Source: Malacoraja senta | Lineage: Eukaryota | Assembly (NCBI GenBank): GCA_038087875.1 | Contig: CM075988.1 | Coordinates: forward strand, 10,914,001 to 10,978,000 | Direction of reading: 5' to 3' | Length of the DNA stretch: 64,000 bases | Shown: in pieces, positions 1-13,600 of the stretch | Layout of the letters: each line of letters opens with the position of its first letter | How positions within the stretch are numbered: the stretch's first letter is position 1 | Program-made: the position numbers and the translations under genes | Notes under the pieces: generated by a model | Told to the model about the DNA's origin: nothing | Database searches by the model: none | The model's input: the letters and a program-made list of their open reading frames with translations, nothing else

Positions 1-32
1 ACAAAAAAAACAGCAAGTTAAATTCAGATTGG

Positions 33-157
33 ATTAGGAAGGAACTGCAGATGCTGATTTACAAAGAGACAGTGCTGGAGTCACTCAATGGGTCAGGAAA
101 CATCTCTGGAGCACATGGACAGGTGATGTTTTCAGGTTAGGACCTGTCATCATACTG
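33..157 (-). mobile_element. Penelope-like element terminal (pLTR) fragment with a degenerate hammerhead-like core
   Basis: Matches the terminal sequence downstream of the GIY-YIG ORF at 44442-44535; the reverse complement contains ATGATGA-C-AGGT-CCTA-ACCT-GAAAA. Confidence 0.65.
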
Positions 158-359
158 CTTTGCATTCAGACTTGGTTACCATTCAGAGCTGTCGTAATTC
201 CAGGTAAACATGGAGAACAAACTAGAATCCATTGTAAAGAATGTAAAGTAATGGTGCTTATCACTGGAGTTGAATGAGTCCAAGCAAAAGGGGACTGGAT
301 AAGTGAGTTTGCTACTGAGTTTAGTGCATCAGGATTTGGAATGGTGACCAAGATCCTAA

Positions 360-893
360 TGCCCCTGTCCCACTTAGGAAACCTGAACGGAAACCTCTGT
401 AGACTTTGCGCCCCACCCAAGGTTTCCGTGCGGTTCCTGGAGTTTTTTGTCAGGCTCCCTAATGGTCGAAAGTGGTTTCAGCTTCTTCTATGTTCCGGCG
501 ATTATTTCAAAAAATTGAAAACCGGCCACGACTGTTGAATCCGGTTGCGATGCTAGTTGAAGGTGGTTGCCAGAGGTTGCAGGTAGTGGAAGGTAAGACC
601 TTTTTTCACCCAGTTTTATTCCACCAGGGAGGTCTTACCTTCCACTACCTGCAACCTCCGGCAACCACCTTCAACTGGCATCGCAACCGGCTTCAACTAA
701 AAAATTACCGAATTTTAAAACGGCAACCTATTTTTAGTCGTGGCCGGTTTTATAGAAGAAGCGGGAACCACTTTCGACCATTAGGGAGACTGACAAAAAC
801 CTCCGGGAACCTCCGGGAACTGCACGGAAACCTTGGGTGGGGCGCAAAGTCTCCAGAGGTTTCCATTCAGGTTTCCTATGTGGGACAGGGGCA
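360..893. mobile_element. PIF/Harbinger-type non-autonomous DNA transposon (MITE)
   Basis: Long imperfect TIRs (tgcccctgtcccac...gtgggacaggggca), TAA duplicated at 357-359 and 894-896, no transposase. Confidence 0.8.
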
Positions 894-1639
894 TAACATA
901 ACTATACCCCCCACCTTCTCAAATCTGGGTAGCTAATAGCAGTTTGATGCAATGTTCTTAAAAATGCTGCCATGGGGTGATTGAGATAAATGAAAGGACA
1001 CATAGAATCAAATGAGTTAAAGCCTAATATAGAGCTGTAGCCAGGATGTCAAGGTGGTCATGGTTTGGAATGGACTTCCAACCAGAGTAAAAAATGATTA
1101 GAAATTATACCAATAAATTTAGAGGCCAGGAATCCCTTTTATATATTAAAAAAAAAAAAAACATTTATGCTATTTTACCATAAACGGATTCAGTAAATTA
1201 TGCATCATGCTGCCACCAATTGTAAATGCAACACAAACACCCCAACCAAAGGATTAACTGAGTGAAATATTTGCATTGGACTAATGATTTTCTTTATTCC
1301 TCAGAAAGCACTTCAGAAATGAAAGAAAAAGTGTGCCAAGCATAATAATATCTGAGGGTTAAGGTAATCCTAATATTAATCCTGATGAAAGAGTAAAAAA
1401 ATAATAGATGATAACTGGGACATTCAACAAGGCAAAGGTTTTTGAGATCTTTTTTTAACACGTGAAAGTCTGGTCAAAGCTGGGGAAATGGGTACACAGG
1501 ATGATTTGCAAAATTCCCGTGACTTGGGATTGCTGTACCCATGAGATGTTTGAGGCCACAGTGATTTCTGAGTATTGCATATGTTTTGGGATAGGAATTA
1601 TAGGGAAATGATGCAAAATAAAATATAAGTGATTATTTT

Positions 1640-1905
1640 GGCGCAGCGATTGTGTTGCTGCCTTCCAGTGTAAGAGATCTGGGTTCGATTATGATTACAA
1701 GTCCTGTCTGTATGGAGTTTGTAGGTTATGCATGTGGGTTTTCTCCAGGAGCTCCAGTTTCTTCCCACACTCCAAAGACATACAGGTTTGTAGGTTAATT
1801 GGCTTTGATAAGGTGTAAACTTGTCCCTAGAATGTGTTGACTAGTGTACAGGGTAATTGGTGGTCGGTGGGTCGCAGGGCCAGTTTCCACACAGTATCTC
1901 AAGTC
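1640..1905 (+). mobile_element. HE1-like tRNA-derived V-SINE
   Basis: B-box-like gggttcgat; central tgtctgtatggagtttg...tttcttcccacactccaaagac domain shared with about 8 other copies in the window. Confidence 0.7.
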
Positions 1906-4059
1906 TAAAAGTGTTTAGGATACATTTCATAAGGATGAATCATTGGGAAAACAATGAAGAAATCTTTGGGGAAAACAAGGCTATGGTTAAGAACTCTATG
2001 ATTATTTGAATGGTGTGAGATCAAGAGGGCAAATTGCCTTTTAAGGACTGATGCAGAGGTGGAGATGGGTACACTTGGTGATTAGTGCAGCAATTAAACC
2101 TCCTCGTCCAATGTTTTACACGCAATGCTTAAACCTTGCAGAAAGCTTCCACTCATGAACTAAAAAAAATAAGAGACAGTTTGCATCATTACAATGTTAC
2201 TCATTTTTGTTGACCCCATTACTTCATTTGGTATCACTGACATACCGAATAAAGAACCAAGGTTTAGTGCAACTTAATTTTTATTAGTGCTTAAATTAAC
2301 ATCCACACCTTTGACTTCTATTGACTTGAGATTTAATTTGCTGTTCCAATTGATCACTTGTACTAAATCACAAGACTCGTGGATTGAACTGAATACTACT
2401 TGCCTGAAATGAAACTGGCCAGGTTTACTCCAACAAGTTTTAGTTTTCTGAGTTCTGGTCTCTGGCTCCTCTTCAGTGACAACTCTGGGAACAACCAGTA
2501 ACCTTGATTGCCTCTTTTATAGATGGTTTCTTCTGGTCCACTAGCAGGTTACTAGACCTAACATGTCCAAAGAAACTCGTGACAGTACTAATTTAAACAT
2601 CAGACGAGCAGGATTTGTCTGTTCCATTGCTTTTCATAGTGGACAAAAAAGGACCAATTGCACTGTTTACTTTTTCAATCCTTAATTTGAGGATCCAAGC
2701 TTTATTAACGGAAATAACCTTTCACCATAAGTTATGGCTCTTTTGTTCCCCTTCCTCTTTGTGTTAGGCTAAACAATTCATGTACATGTGACAATTCTCA
2801 GAATTTGTGTAAAGTTGGTTTTTCTTCCCATTGTGCTCGCAGAGGTGTCGCTGTCTGTCAAACCCTGTAATTCGTTCCAAGCCAATGATTGTGCTGTATT
2901 CGAAAAGATTCTTCCTTCAGCAGCTGCTGATGTAGCGTTTGGGAACGTGGGGCAATACACAACAGCAGCTTCAAGTTTTCCATTTTGAAAAGCCTTCAAA
3001 GATGATTGAGATCAAAGTGACTACCTTTATTATATACATCTAGAGGCGGGAAAAGTATTTAAATGGAGATATATATAATCCAGATAAATAGTCCGTAATA
3101 ACACTTTGCAAATACAGTTTGAAGCGGCACAGCACAGCACAATTCCCATCAAGCTAATAAAAGTGAAGATGCACTTCAAGTCTTCTCTTGCCCCCTTTAT
3201 TCCTTGAGATGTAATCAAGAATTAAAATATATAAACACACAAATATGGGATAAAACTGACACATCTGGAAAGACAGTTTTATTTGCAAACATCTACCCCA
3301 TATATCCATTCTCGTGTCTCGGTAAATGTAAGACCAAATGCCTCCTTTGAAAAGTGAAGAGATTCAACAAAATGTCATAAAATGGCACGTTTCAGCATTT
3401 TTCAAGAAGTGGTGAGATATATAGTAATAAGAAGTGGCATACATTTCAAATCTCATGAAGTGTGATAAGCACTCTTAAATGTGAGAGTTCTAATGCGCAA
3501 CCCCTTGATGCTAAAAGACTATACTGCAGGAGGCAATGGTTCATGGCCCGAAATAATGTTTGCGTTCGGAGGTCAATGAGTTTGCAAATATCATAGGTTT
3601 TTCCCAGTCATTATTGTGCAGCAATAATATTTACGCACATCTATTATAATCTGTCATTGTTTTCTAGAGCATTCAAACACTGAGCTTCTCTTATTTGCTT
3701 TGGAACCAAGGTTAATTGGCTTCAATTTGTGCGTCACTCCTCATTCTCGTTATCATTACTGTATTCAATTAACTGCAATTAGACCTGTTTTTGAAAAGGC
3801 TGAATGAAATTAACATCCCCACCCCCCATTTTTATGTAGGCTTTGCTTTGCTGAGAATTTCAAAACAATTGTGCTCATTTTTTATTCATTTTAAATGGAC
3901 AAAGCCTGCCATTTGTATGAAACTGATAGTTGAAAATAACATTGCATAAATCATTGCCTTATCCTGTGCCTCGTATCTCACCATTTCATTGATCATTGCT
4001 AAATTTTATTTAATGAGTTTACAGTTCTTTTTTTTCAGGTATCATTAGTTACTGTGACA

Positions 4060-4300
4060 TCGTAGTGGACCAGTCATTGCTTCTCGTTCATAATTCCAGG
4101 ATCTGGGTTTGATCCTGATCTTGTTACTGTTTGCTGGAGGTTGTGCAGTCTCTCTCGCTGTGACTGTATGAGTACCCTCCCCCCCCCCCCCCCCACAGGT
4201 GCTTTGGTTTCCTTCCACATCTCAAAGTCACATTGGGAGGCTTATTAGCCACAGTCGATTGTCCCCGGTGTAGTTGGGAATCGGGGGCATGGGAAAGCGA
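4060..4300 (+). mobile_element. Degenerate HE1-like SINE
   Basis: Diverged match to the other copies (gggtttgatcctga...ggtttccttccacatctcaaag). Confidence 0.5.
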
Positions 4301-4316
4301 GAGAACTAATTACAGG

Positions 4317-5130
4317 GATAGACACTAAATGCTGGAGTAACTCGGCAGGACAGGCAGCATCTATGGAGAGATGGAATGGGTGACATTTCGGGTCGAGACC
4401 CTTCTTCAGACTAATGTCAAGGGAGTGGGCAGTACAGAGATAAAATATAGTTGGAGACAGTAAGTCTGGTCAGAGAACTGGGAAGCGGAGGGGGGTGGAG
4501 TGAGAGGGAAAGCAACGGCTACTTGAAATCAGAGGGCAGTGGAGGCCGGTTCTCTGGATACTTTCGATAGAGAGCTAGATAGGGCTCGTAAAAATAGCGG
4601 AGTCGGGGGATATGGGGAGAAGGCAGGAACGGGGTACCAATTAGGGAGGATCAGCCATGATCACATTGAATGGCGGTGCTGGCTCGAAGGGCCGAATGGC
4701 CTACCCCTGCACCTATTGTCTATTGTCTATGTCAATATTCATCTAGTTGGGGTATAAGCTGCCCATGCAAAATATGATGTATTGTTCCTCAAATTTGCAC
4801 TGGTCCTCATTCCGACAATGGAGGAGGCCAAGGGCAGAAAGGTCAGTGCGGGAATGGGAAGGGGAGTTAGTGTTGAGCAACTGGGAGATCAGGTAGGTTT
4901 AGGCGGACTGAGCGGAGGTGTTCAGCTAAACGATCGCCAAGCCTGCGCTTGGTCTCATTGATATACAGGACTCCATACCTGGAACAGCGGTTGGAGGAGG
5001 TGCAAGTGAACCTCTGCCTTGCCTGAAAAGGCCGTTGGTGTCCTTGGACGAAGTCCAGGGGGGAAGGATACGGACAGGTGTTGCATCTCTTGTGGCTGCA
5101 GGGGAAAGTAGCTGGGGTGGGGGTGGTTTG
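4317..5130 (-). mobile_element. Penelope-like retroelement 3' fragment (degenerate GIY-YIG region + pLTR), interrupted by a CR1 3' end at about 4533-4730
   Basis: Colinear with 44442-45075; hammerhead-like core at about 4378-4412; nested CR1 tail ending ctattgtctattgtctat. Confidence 0.8.
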
Positions 5131-5304
5131 GGTGCAAGGTTACTAGTTACAGGGAATTGAGTGAGTAAATGGGTAGTTTGGATTACTCTAAGAGCTGCCA
5201 TGACAAGTGGGACATTTTTCTCTTATGTCATAAAGAAATAGAAATTTGTGCATGTTTTGAATGACATGATTGCACAGCGCAGATTTAAACAATATTCCAT
5301 CTTA

Positions 5305-5745
5305 TTGCAGGGCAGGGACATCTGGGAATACAGGTGCATGGTAACTTAATGGCAAGTCAGGTGGACAGTGTGGTAAAGAAGGTGTTTGGCAACCTTGCCT
5401 TCATTGGGAAGGATATTGAGTACATAATTTGGCACATGATGCAACTGTACAAGCCGTTGGTGAGACCATACTTCAAGTACATATCCTGTTGCTTATATGT
5501 CATTAAGTTGGAAAGGATGCAGAAGAGATTTGCCAGGACGTTACCTGGGCTTGTAGGCTTGAGTTATGGGGAGAAAATGGATAGGCTGGGACTTTTTCTC
5601 TGGAGTGTAGGAAACTGAAAGGTGAACTTATTAAGGTGTACAACCTCATGAGAGCCATGGATGAAGTGAAACAGTCTTTTTTAGAAGGTAGAGACTTCTA
5701 AAACTAGAAGCTGGTTGGTCAGCTTTGAAAGATAGGCTGAAGGGC
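5305..5745 (+). mobile_element. Old CR1 LINE ORF2 C-terminal fragment
   Basis: Translation 5334-5618 resembles CR1 ORF2 (VKK..G.LAFI..IEY...LYK.LVRP...LERMQKRF). Confidence 0.7.
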
Positions 5746-6652
5746 CGAACTCCATCATCAAGTTCGCTGACGACACCACTGTTGTGGGACGTATCACTGA
5801 TGGTGACGAGTCAGAGTATAGAACTGAGATCAATCGACTGACCAAATGGTGCCAGCACAATAACCTGGCCCTCAACTCCAGCAAAACCAAGGAACTGATT
5901 GTGGACTTTGGAAGGGGTAGGATGGGGACCCACAGTCCCGTTTATATCAATGGGTCGATGGTGGAAAGGGTCAAGAGCTTCAAATTCCTGAGCACGCACA
6001 TCTCTGACGATCTCTCCTGGTCCGAGAACACTGATGTTATTATAAAGTTAGCACATCAGCGCCTCTACTTCCTGAGAAGATTACGGAGAGTCGGTATGTC
6101 AAGGAGAACTCTCTCTAACTTCTACAGGTGCACAGTGGAGAGCATGCTGGCCGGTTGCATCGTGGCTTGGTTTGGCAACTTGAGTGCCCAGAAGCAAAAA
6201 ATACTACAAAAAGTAGTAAACACTGCCCAGTCCATCGTCGGCTCTGACCTCCCTACCATCGAGGGGATCTATTGCAGTCGCTGCCTCAAAAAGGCTGGCA
6301 GTATCTTCAAGGACCCACATCATCCTGGCCACACACTCATCTCCCCGCTACCTTCAGGTAGAAGGTACAGGAGCCTGAAGACTGCAACGCCAGGTTCAGA
6401 AACAGCTTCTTCCCGACAGCCAACAGGCTATTGACCTCAACTCAAACAAAACTCTGAACATTAATAGCCCATTATCTGTTTATTTGCACTTTATCTGTTT
6501 TATTTATTGATGTGTGTATATATTTATACAATGGTATATGGACACACTGATCTGTTCTGTATTTATACCTTCTATATTCTGTTGTGCTGAAGCAAAGCAA
6601 GAATTTCATTGTCCTATCCAGGGCACATGACAATAAACTCTCTTGAATCTTG
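5746..6652 (+). mobile_element. Rex1/Babar-like LINE, 5'-truncated (RT C-terminal half)
   Basis: KFADDTTVVG catalytic motif, then NNLALNSSKTKELIVDF and QRLYFLRRLR; tail aataaa...cttgaatcttgaa; inserted into a CR1 tail. Confidence 0.85.
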
Positions 6653-9197
6653 AAGGGACGGTTTCTGTGCTTTATAGCTCTGACTCTTTGAGCATATTTG
6701 AATGCATTGGAAAAGTAAGCCACTGACTAAATTTTGTTTTGGAAAAGGGAAAACCTGCTGCTGCATTTAGAAAGACTGGTTCCTTCATTGAGCTTAACTG
6801 AAAATGTTAATGTACATATGATGAGTCAGCACTGGTGATTGCAATGTTGAGGTGGAGTAAGGAAAGTAAAAGATTGATGTTAATAGTCCAAACTAAATGC
6901 CGAGAGCGACAATAAATATTTGACCATGGTCAAGCGCCATCAACACCCTGTGCCACTATATTTTTATTTTTACAAAGAAGTAGTTTGAATAGTTACGCAT
7001 TGAGTCATTATGGCATTGGAAATTTATAATTATACGTTTTGGTATTAAGCAGTTTGCAGACAAAAGTTGAGGCACTTCAAATGTGGAAATTGAAATCAAA
7101 TTCAATATTATCACAAATCTCTTCTGCAATAGGATCTTGAATTACTCAATTCAACTCGATTGGAAGTTCAAGTTTCTCTGTAAAACTTAGTTCTTGCTTT
7201 GAAGTGCAGGAGTTTTAGCTATATTTTGGTATGCCGTATTTAAAATCCTCACAGAAAACTAACCTTCCGGATATTGGATATCTGATCTACATTATGTACA
7301 AATACATCAGTTAAGGTTGAATTATTGCCATTGACATTGCATTTCAGATACATACTGCTGATTATGCTGATGCTTCTGAATTCAGACACATAAAAGTTAG
7401 GCAATAGTATACATCCCTATAATGCATTGGTCTTGCGCGGTGAATTAGGAAACAACTTGTACTAGAGTATAAATCTGCATATTTCCTGGGCATGTGCACA
7501 CATTGGGTATCTGATGGGCATCCCATTTTTGGTAGCTGTCCTTGCTGCTATTATGAGGTGAAGTATTGGCTTGTCTCTAGATTTCAAGAGAAACATAAAA
7601 CATATTTTGCAATAACTACATGGGAATAAGAGTTGGAAGTACGATCAGCCAAATGCCACCCCCTGCCCATGCCTTTTAGTGATTCTGAGATCGGGTAAAT
7701 TATTATAAAGTATATGAATTTTTGAGTTCAGCATTGCCATTTTTCAATGAAGCTGATCTTATTGCAGATGGTCAGAACTGGCACGTGTTCTCTAGAAGGT
7801 GAAGCTGAAGGCAGAGGAATTTCAATTTGGAACCTGAACATTGCACAGTTCAGTTTGAATACTCTCTGAGATAAATGAGTGGTGCACTATGCTCCTAGTT
7901 CCACGTCATTGCCTTCTCTGGCACTGACAAATGAGTTGCAAAAAGATTGTTTTTGAAAGAGGGGGGAATACCCTTGCTATGCTGAATTTGGTATTGCTGA
8001 AGTACAAAGACGGTTTATTTAATTTGCAATTATTAAAGAGTCAAAATATGATGAGGGGCATGGTGGATCACCACAACTGAGTCTGTTATTAAATAAAGCA
8101 CAGTCAATGCACTACTCTCTTCACAAGGAAATTGGAAGGCAGGATGTTTTTGGTGCATTAAATGTGTGCTATACACTGTATAACACTATCTATACCATTT
8201 CATTGATCATTGTTTTAAGAGTGTTATTATGCAGTCCACAAGCAGTGAAAGATGACCGAGTTACCTTGAGGATTCCTGCAGCAGAGCACTGGGCCAGTGG
8301 AGTCTTCTGACACAGGTGACCATGTTCCTATGTGGTGGTCTCCAGTCATCCACATTTTTGATGACGTTTAGCTTTCGAGTTTGCCTGGGGACCTTGTTGA
8401 GGCTTACATGGTTTCATGCTATCCGAGTCGCCACATGTGGATCAAGGTGTCAAAAAATAAGAAACTTTTTTGGGCACCTGTTTATTTGTCAGCTGTTACT
8501 TTCACCTCCTTAAACTCATAATTTTGTTCCTTTGCATTCTCATCACCATGCCCTTGGCAATGAACTGCCATCCAAAAAACAGAATAGCACAGGAACAGAC
8601 CCTGTGGCCCACAATATCTACACCAAACAAGATACCAAGTTAATCTCTTCTGCCTGCATGTGTTCAGTATCCCTCCATACTCTGCATATCCATGTGCCTA
8701 CCTATCTCTACTACCTTCTAAGTTATTGCAAACAGCATTTTTTATTGGTTCCTTATTGTTCTCTTATCATTTCCCTCTGCCTGCTAATGAACCCTCTACA
8801 TCTCTAACCTTTTCTGTTAATAATGGAAAAAGGAAATAGATCCCATTTTAACTTTTATTGACTTGGTTGCACTTGAGCTAAGTGGGTTATTAATGAACGA
8901 TTTGCAAATTATAGCATCATTAGAAGATCTACAGTCTTTGAGTCCCGACCATCTATTCCTTTACCAACGCTTCTAAAGTCAAAGAACAATTGGTTATTCA
9001 CTCCATTGATTACTGAACTAACTGTCCTCTCTCTCTACCCAGATAACACAGTTAAGTTACATTTGCCTTAGACTATTATGTACCCTTTTATGTGTCAATT
9101 GTGCAAGAAATGTCTGACGAGGTACTACCCAGCCAGCAGAAGGTCTATCCAAGAATGAACCAGGCACATCCAGCAACAATGTGCGATGATATGGGTT

Positions 9198-10303
9198 TAG
9201 ACAATAGACAATATACTATAGGCGCAGGAGTAGGCCATTTGGCCCTTTGAGCCAGCACCACCATTCAATGTGATCATGGCTGATTATCCCCAATCAGTAC
9301 CCCGTTCCTGCCTTCTCCCCATTTCCCCCGACTCTGCTATTTTTAAGAGCCCTATCTAGCTCTCTCTTGAAAGCATCCAGAGAACCTGCCTCCACCACCC
9401 TCTGAGGCAGAGAATTCCACAGACTCACCACTCTCTGTGAGGAAAAAGTGTTTCCTCGTCTCTGTTCTAAATGGCTTACTCCTTATTCTTAAACTGTGGC
9501 CCCTGGTTCTGGACTCCCCCATCATCGGGAACATGTTTCCTGCCTCTAGTGCAAGAGCGGAACTTGCTATCAAAACATGGAGGGGACGGGGGACACAATT
9601 TTTTGGCGACCGCGCGCGCATGCGCACACTCACATACACGCGCGAGGCTTCGGAGGCTCAATCCAGCGCTAAAATGCAGCTCAACTCTGCCTGTCTCACT
9701 GGGTTAACATACAGCCCTGTCTGGACCTTACAGGATAGCAGCGCTGCTTCTCCGCGCTGGCCATATTTCCCGCAAGTCCAGGAAGGCTGTAGGCTTGCCT
9801 GGCGGGACAGGCAGAGTTAGCTGGGTTTAGCGCTGTTTCTCTGCGCTGGCCTGTCTGATTCCCGACCGAAGATCCTATCGCGGAGGATCTTTGCTGCCGA
9901 CCTCTCTGGCCACCCGCGGTGGGAGGGGGGTGGCACTCGGGAGGGGACGTGACAACGCCGGAGACCCGGCCGGGTTCGATCCTGGCTGCGGATGAAGCGC
10001 AGGTCTGTGCCCCGTCTCCCTCCTCCAATCATCGTGCTGAATCATGTCCCGCCCCCATTGCCTGCTGACCGACGTCTCTCTCATCCAATCGGCGCCCTCG
10101 ATCATCAGTCCCACCCCCCACTGTCTCGCGGAACGCGGAGATTTCACCGGGTTTAAAATCCGGATGACAAAAACTTGGGGGGGATGTCCCCCGCCTCTCA
10201 AAACATGCAGGGGACGTGTCCCCTCTGCCCCCCCCCCCGGGTTTTCCGCCCCTGCTCTAGTGTGTCCAAGCCCTTAACAACCTTTCCAAGCCCTTAACAA
10301 TCT
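9198..10303 (-). mobile_element. CR1 LINE 3' fragment split by a hAT MITE
   Basis: GESRTRGHSLRIR motif and CR1 3' UTR on the minus strand; CR1 sequence resumes after 10262. Confidence 0.85.
9552..10254. mobile_element. hAT-type non-autonomous DNA transposon
   Basis: Perfect 8-bp TSD ctctagtg (9544-9551, 10255-10262); imperfect TIR caagagcggaa / ttccgcccctg. Confidence 0.85.
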
Positions 10304-10606
10304 TACTTCCTCATCGTAATTCCAGCACATAATGTTGTCTCAAAATATGGTTGCTTATTTCGATTGGCTGGCAACAGAAATTGTATCAAGAGGGCATAAT
10401 GCACAACTTTGCTGCAAGAAAATTGTTTTGGTCATTTATTTTGCAACAGTGACAAGAGTTTAAAAGCATTAGGTTACGAGTGAAAACTTGTCAGGGAATC
10501 CTGAAGACGTGACAGGCACAGTAAAAAATAATAGTGTGATATCCCTTTGATGATTAAATGTCATAAATAATTACACCGTTTTCTTTTTGTTTCATTGTAA
10601 ATCTAG

Positions 10607-10636
10607 TGTTCTTGCTACAGATGACGAAGTGGTAAG
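10607..10636 (+). CDS. Candidate 30-nt coding microexon of an unidentified host gene (VLATDDEVVR)
   Basis: Pyrimidine tract + ctag acceptor; AAG|gtattt donor (alternative GTG|gtaagg at 10632); phase 2-2; lies outside repeats. Confidence 0.33.
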
Positions 10637-13600
10637 GTATTTGAAATATGTGACGTTTTTTAATGTTTGCCTTCTCTGAGGTATGGTACATTTTAAACTG
10701 ATTTCTTCACTTCTGGTGGAAGTACTTGTGAACAAATCCAGTACAAAATTTTAAGCTGAAACATTTGCTAATCTAAATCCTATTGGAAGACTAATATCCA
10801 CATGCATTTCCTGTCTTCAAAAGCCTTGGTTCCTGTTGTCATTCTATATCTCAAGCTCGTTTGTTCATTATAAATTCATAACTGATGTTATCCAAGTAGA
10901 TATACATTTCATAAATATTGAGTCTGGACTTCTCCTTTCATAACTGAACATGTAATTTTTTTTAAAATATGAGAAATGCCTCCCTGCCGTGTGTGAACAC
11001 ATTATCAGAATTCATCCGAATTTCAACCGTGCTTATGGAAATGGAATTGCCACATCCCAAATGTAATGTAAAGAAGAAATTATCTTGCTGAAGATGCAAG
11101 GTTATTCACCTGTAATATTTGATTGTTTACTTGCACAGATACTACCTGGCCTGCAGAGTATTTCTAACATTTTCTAATTTCGTACTACAGACTACAAAAC
11201 CTGAATTGTATGGAATCTTGATAATACGATTATATGTTGAAATAATGGTTGATGTTAGAGTAAAGGGGATTGAGCTCATTGGATTGATTCAGTGGTTTAA
11301 TTCAATGATTTGTAGTGAATGTCCATCATATGTGCTAAGTCACCTTTTATGTATCTTCATTAAGCTGCATGAATCTTTGACAAAGCAGCAGATGGAAACG
11401 GGAAATATCAGTTTATTAAATTAATGATATCCATCTCATTTAATTTGATTTGTTAACATTGTAAATTAAGCAGCATACAGAAGCAGAGGCAGATGCAGTG
11501 TATAACAATATGCAAAAGTTCTTATCTTTTTAATAAGCTTCATCTTTTGACTTAAAATTGATGCCACTTAGAACTTGAACAATTTGAAGCACCTAATATA
11601 GTTGTCAGGAGTCAAAGCCATACAACGTTGTGAATTAAAGCTGGGGAATTGTTTCAAGTATGCAATATTCAGTGCAGTTTGGTAGGTTCAATATATTCAA
11701 AGTGCACTTCACAGCTAAGAAGGTTAAGAGGTAACTTTGGTGACCAAAACATTTTAAAACACTGTACAGAAGAAGACTATTTATGGAATTGTGCTGCTGC
11801 TTGTCAGAATACTTTGAGTGGTTTCCCACCCTTTGCTCTTTTCCATAGCCATGGAACTCTTAATATCCAATTGTATCCAAAAATTCCCATAGACAAGGTT
11901 AGTATCTGAAGTATTTACTCCTTTCACTGTTGGTTAAATGAGATTATTGTAAACTGCATTTGTATTAAGAGCAACTTGACTTGGGTTCTGCCAAACGTGT
12001 GAACTCCATGACTTGATTATTGGGAGTAGCAAATGGTTGGGAAAGTCATACATCAGCAAGTTCCCTTCTAGGTCACCCACCATCTGACAAAAATATCATT
12101 GCTTCATTGGCGCTGGATACAAATCTTGGCACTTTATTTCAAGGAAGATGGAGGAATGATGACCACAATAAATACAGCGGTAGCTCCAGAAGGTGGCTCA
12201 TCACCATCTTCACAAGGGCATTTGAGTGATGAAGGTAAATCCTGACCATGGTGCCTCTTCTCGCATGGGAACTAGGTAATACAAAAAATAAGACTTTACA
12301 AAGTTGATATGTATTTAAATTCTTTTGATAATTACCCATTAGCTCCAAAACACATGTCACAGCAAAATTACTGATCCCAACATTGATATGTAGTTAAATG
12401 TTTCCCAGGTTTATGCATTTAAATAATACCTTAAGGTATTTCTAGTCTAGGATGGTTCCTGGATTTAGAGCACTGAAATGATCTTAAGTAATATGGGCTG
12501 TCAACCTAAAGGCAATTGGTTTCATTTTCGGATGGCCATTGAACTGCTTACATTCATTACACCTTCAGTGTTTATACCTTATTAGTTTTATTATGCAATT
12601 GCATTTCTGGCAACAACTTTAATGTGAGATTTAAGCAAGGCACTGCTGCACAGTCCTCCACATTAAAGTTTTATGAACCAGTTCTCTGCTGCTCTCAGTG
12701 AAGTCAGTTGTCTCTTGTCTAATGGCTGGAGGTTATGCATCAATACTGTAGATTGCCATCTTATTTATTGATGTCTGACAAAACCAGAGTTCCTATCCTC
12801 TAATAAAACCTAACACTTCCCATGCTTTATATTCTATTATTGAAATAACCAGCATTAATGTAAAAGCAAAATTTATTTTTGAACAGTCTTACCCCGCTGA
12901 AGTACTCCTATGCTCAGTGCCTTTTTGTATAGCAGTATCAACAGTGCCTTCTGCATTATTTAGAACGGATTGTTTTCGATTGTTTCCAAAATAAATTGAG
13001 AAGAGTTTGTATATTAAGCACAAGAACCTGCTGATGCTGGAATCTTGAGCAAAACACAGTGCTGGGGGAACTCGGTGGGTCAGGCAGCATCTGTGGAGGA
13101 AATTGACAGGTGATGTTTCTGCCTGATGCAATAAATTCCTCTGGTACCTTGTGTCCAGTTAACAATTTAATTGTCTTTAAAATTATGTATCTGCAACTAT
13201 TATATCAGTAGGAAAGAATGGGGCAAGTTATCAATGTTAACTCATTGATGTGAAGAGTAAATATTTCTTTGTTCGTAGATATGGTATCTCTTCTTTGCCT
13301 TTGTTTGCTTTGGGAATGTTCTATGAATTCTTCCAGAATGGTGTTTACAAGCAAAGATTTATAATGTCACCAGGGGGCATAGCCTAAAACTATTTCAGCC
13401 TTGAATGAAGTTGGAAACTGCTCAATCTCCACCTGGAGGAGAAATGCAAGCTCCTATCATTTATGTGTTGATGCTCGGGCAATTGTTAATTTTAAATTCA
13501 AGTTTGGATTGAGTTTTGTTAATTAAAGATGGTAAGATGTCAGTCAAATGCTATAATGTGATCTCCTTGACCAGCAGAACAAGTTTGAGTGGCTAAATGA

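Noticed and set aside
472..936. 154-aa ORF in the MITE
   Set aside because: No transposase motifs; arises from palindromic element sequence
2778..3218. Short ORFs on both strands
   Set aside because: No recognisable domain or convincing splice sites
12892..12952. Minus-strand exon candidate with a gtaaga donor
   Set aside because: Poor pyrimidine tract and no partner exons found on the minus strand
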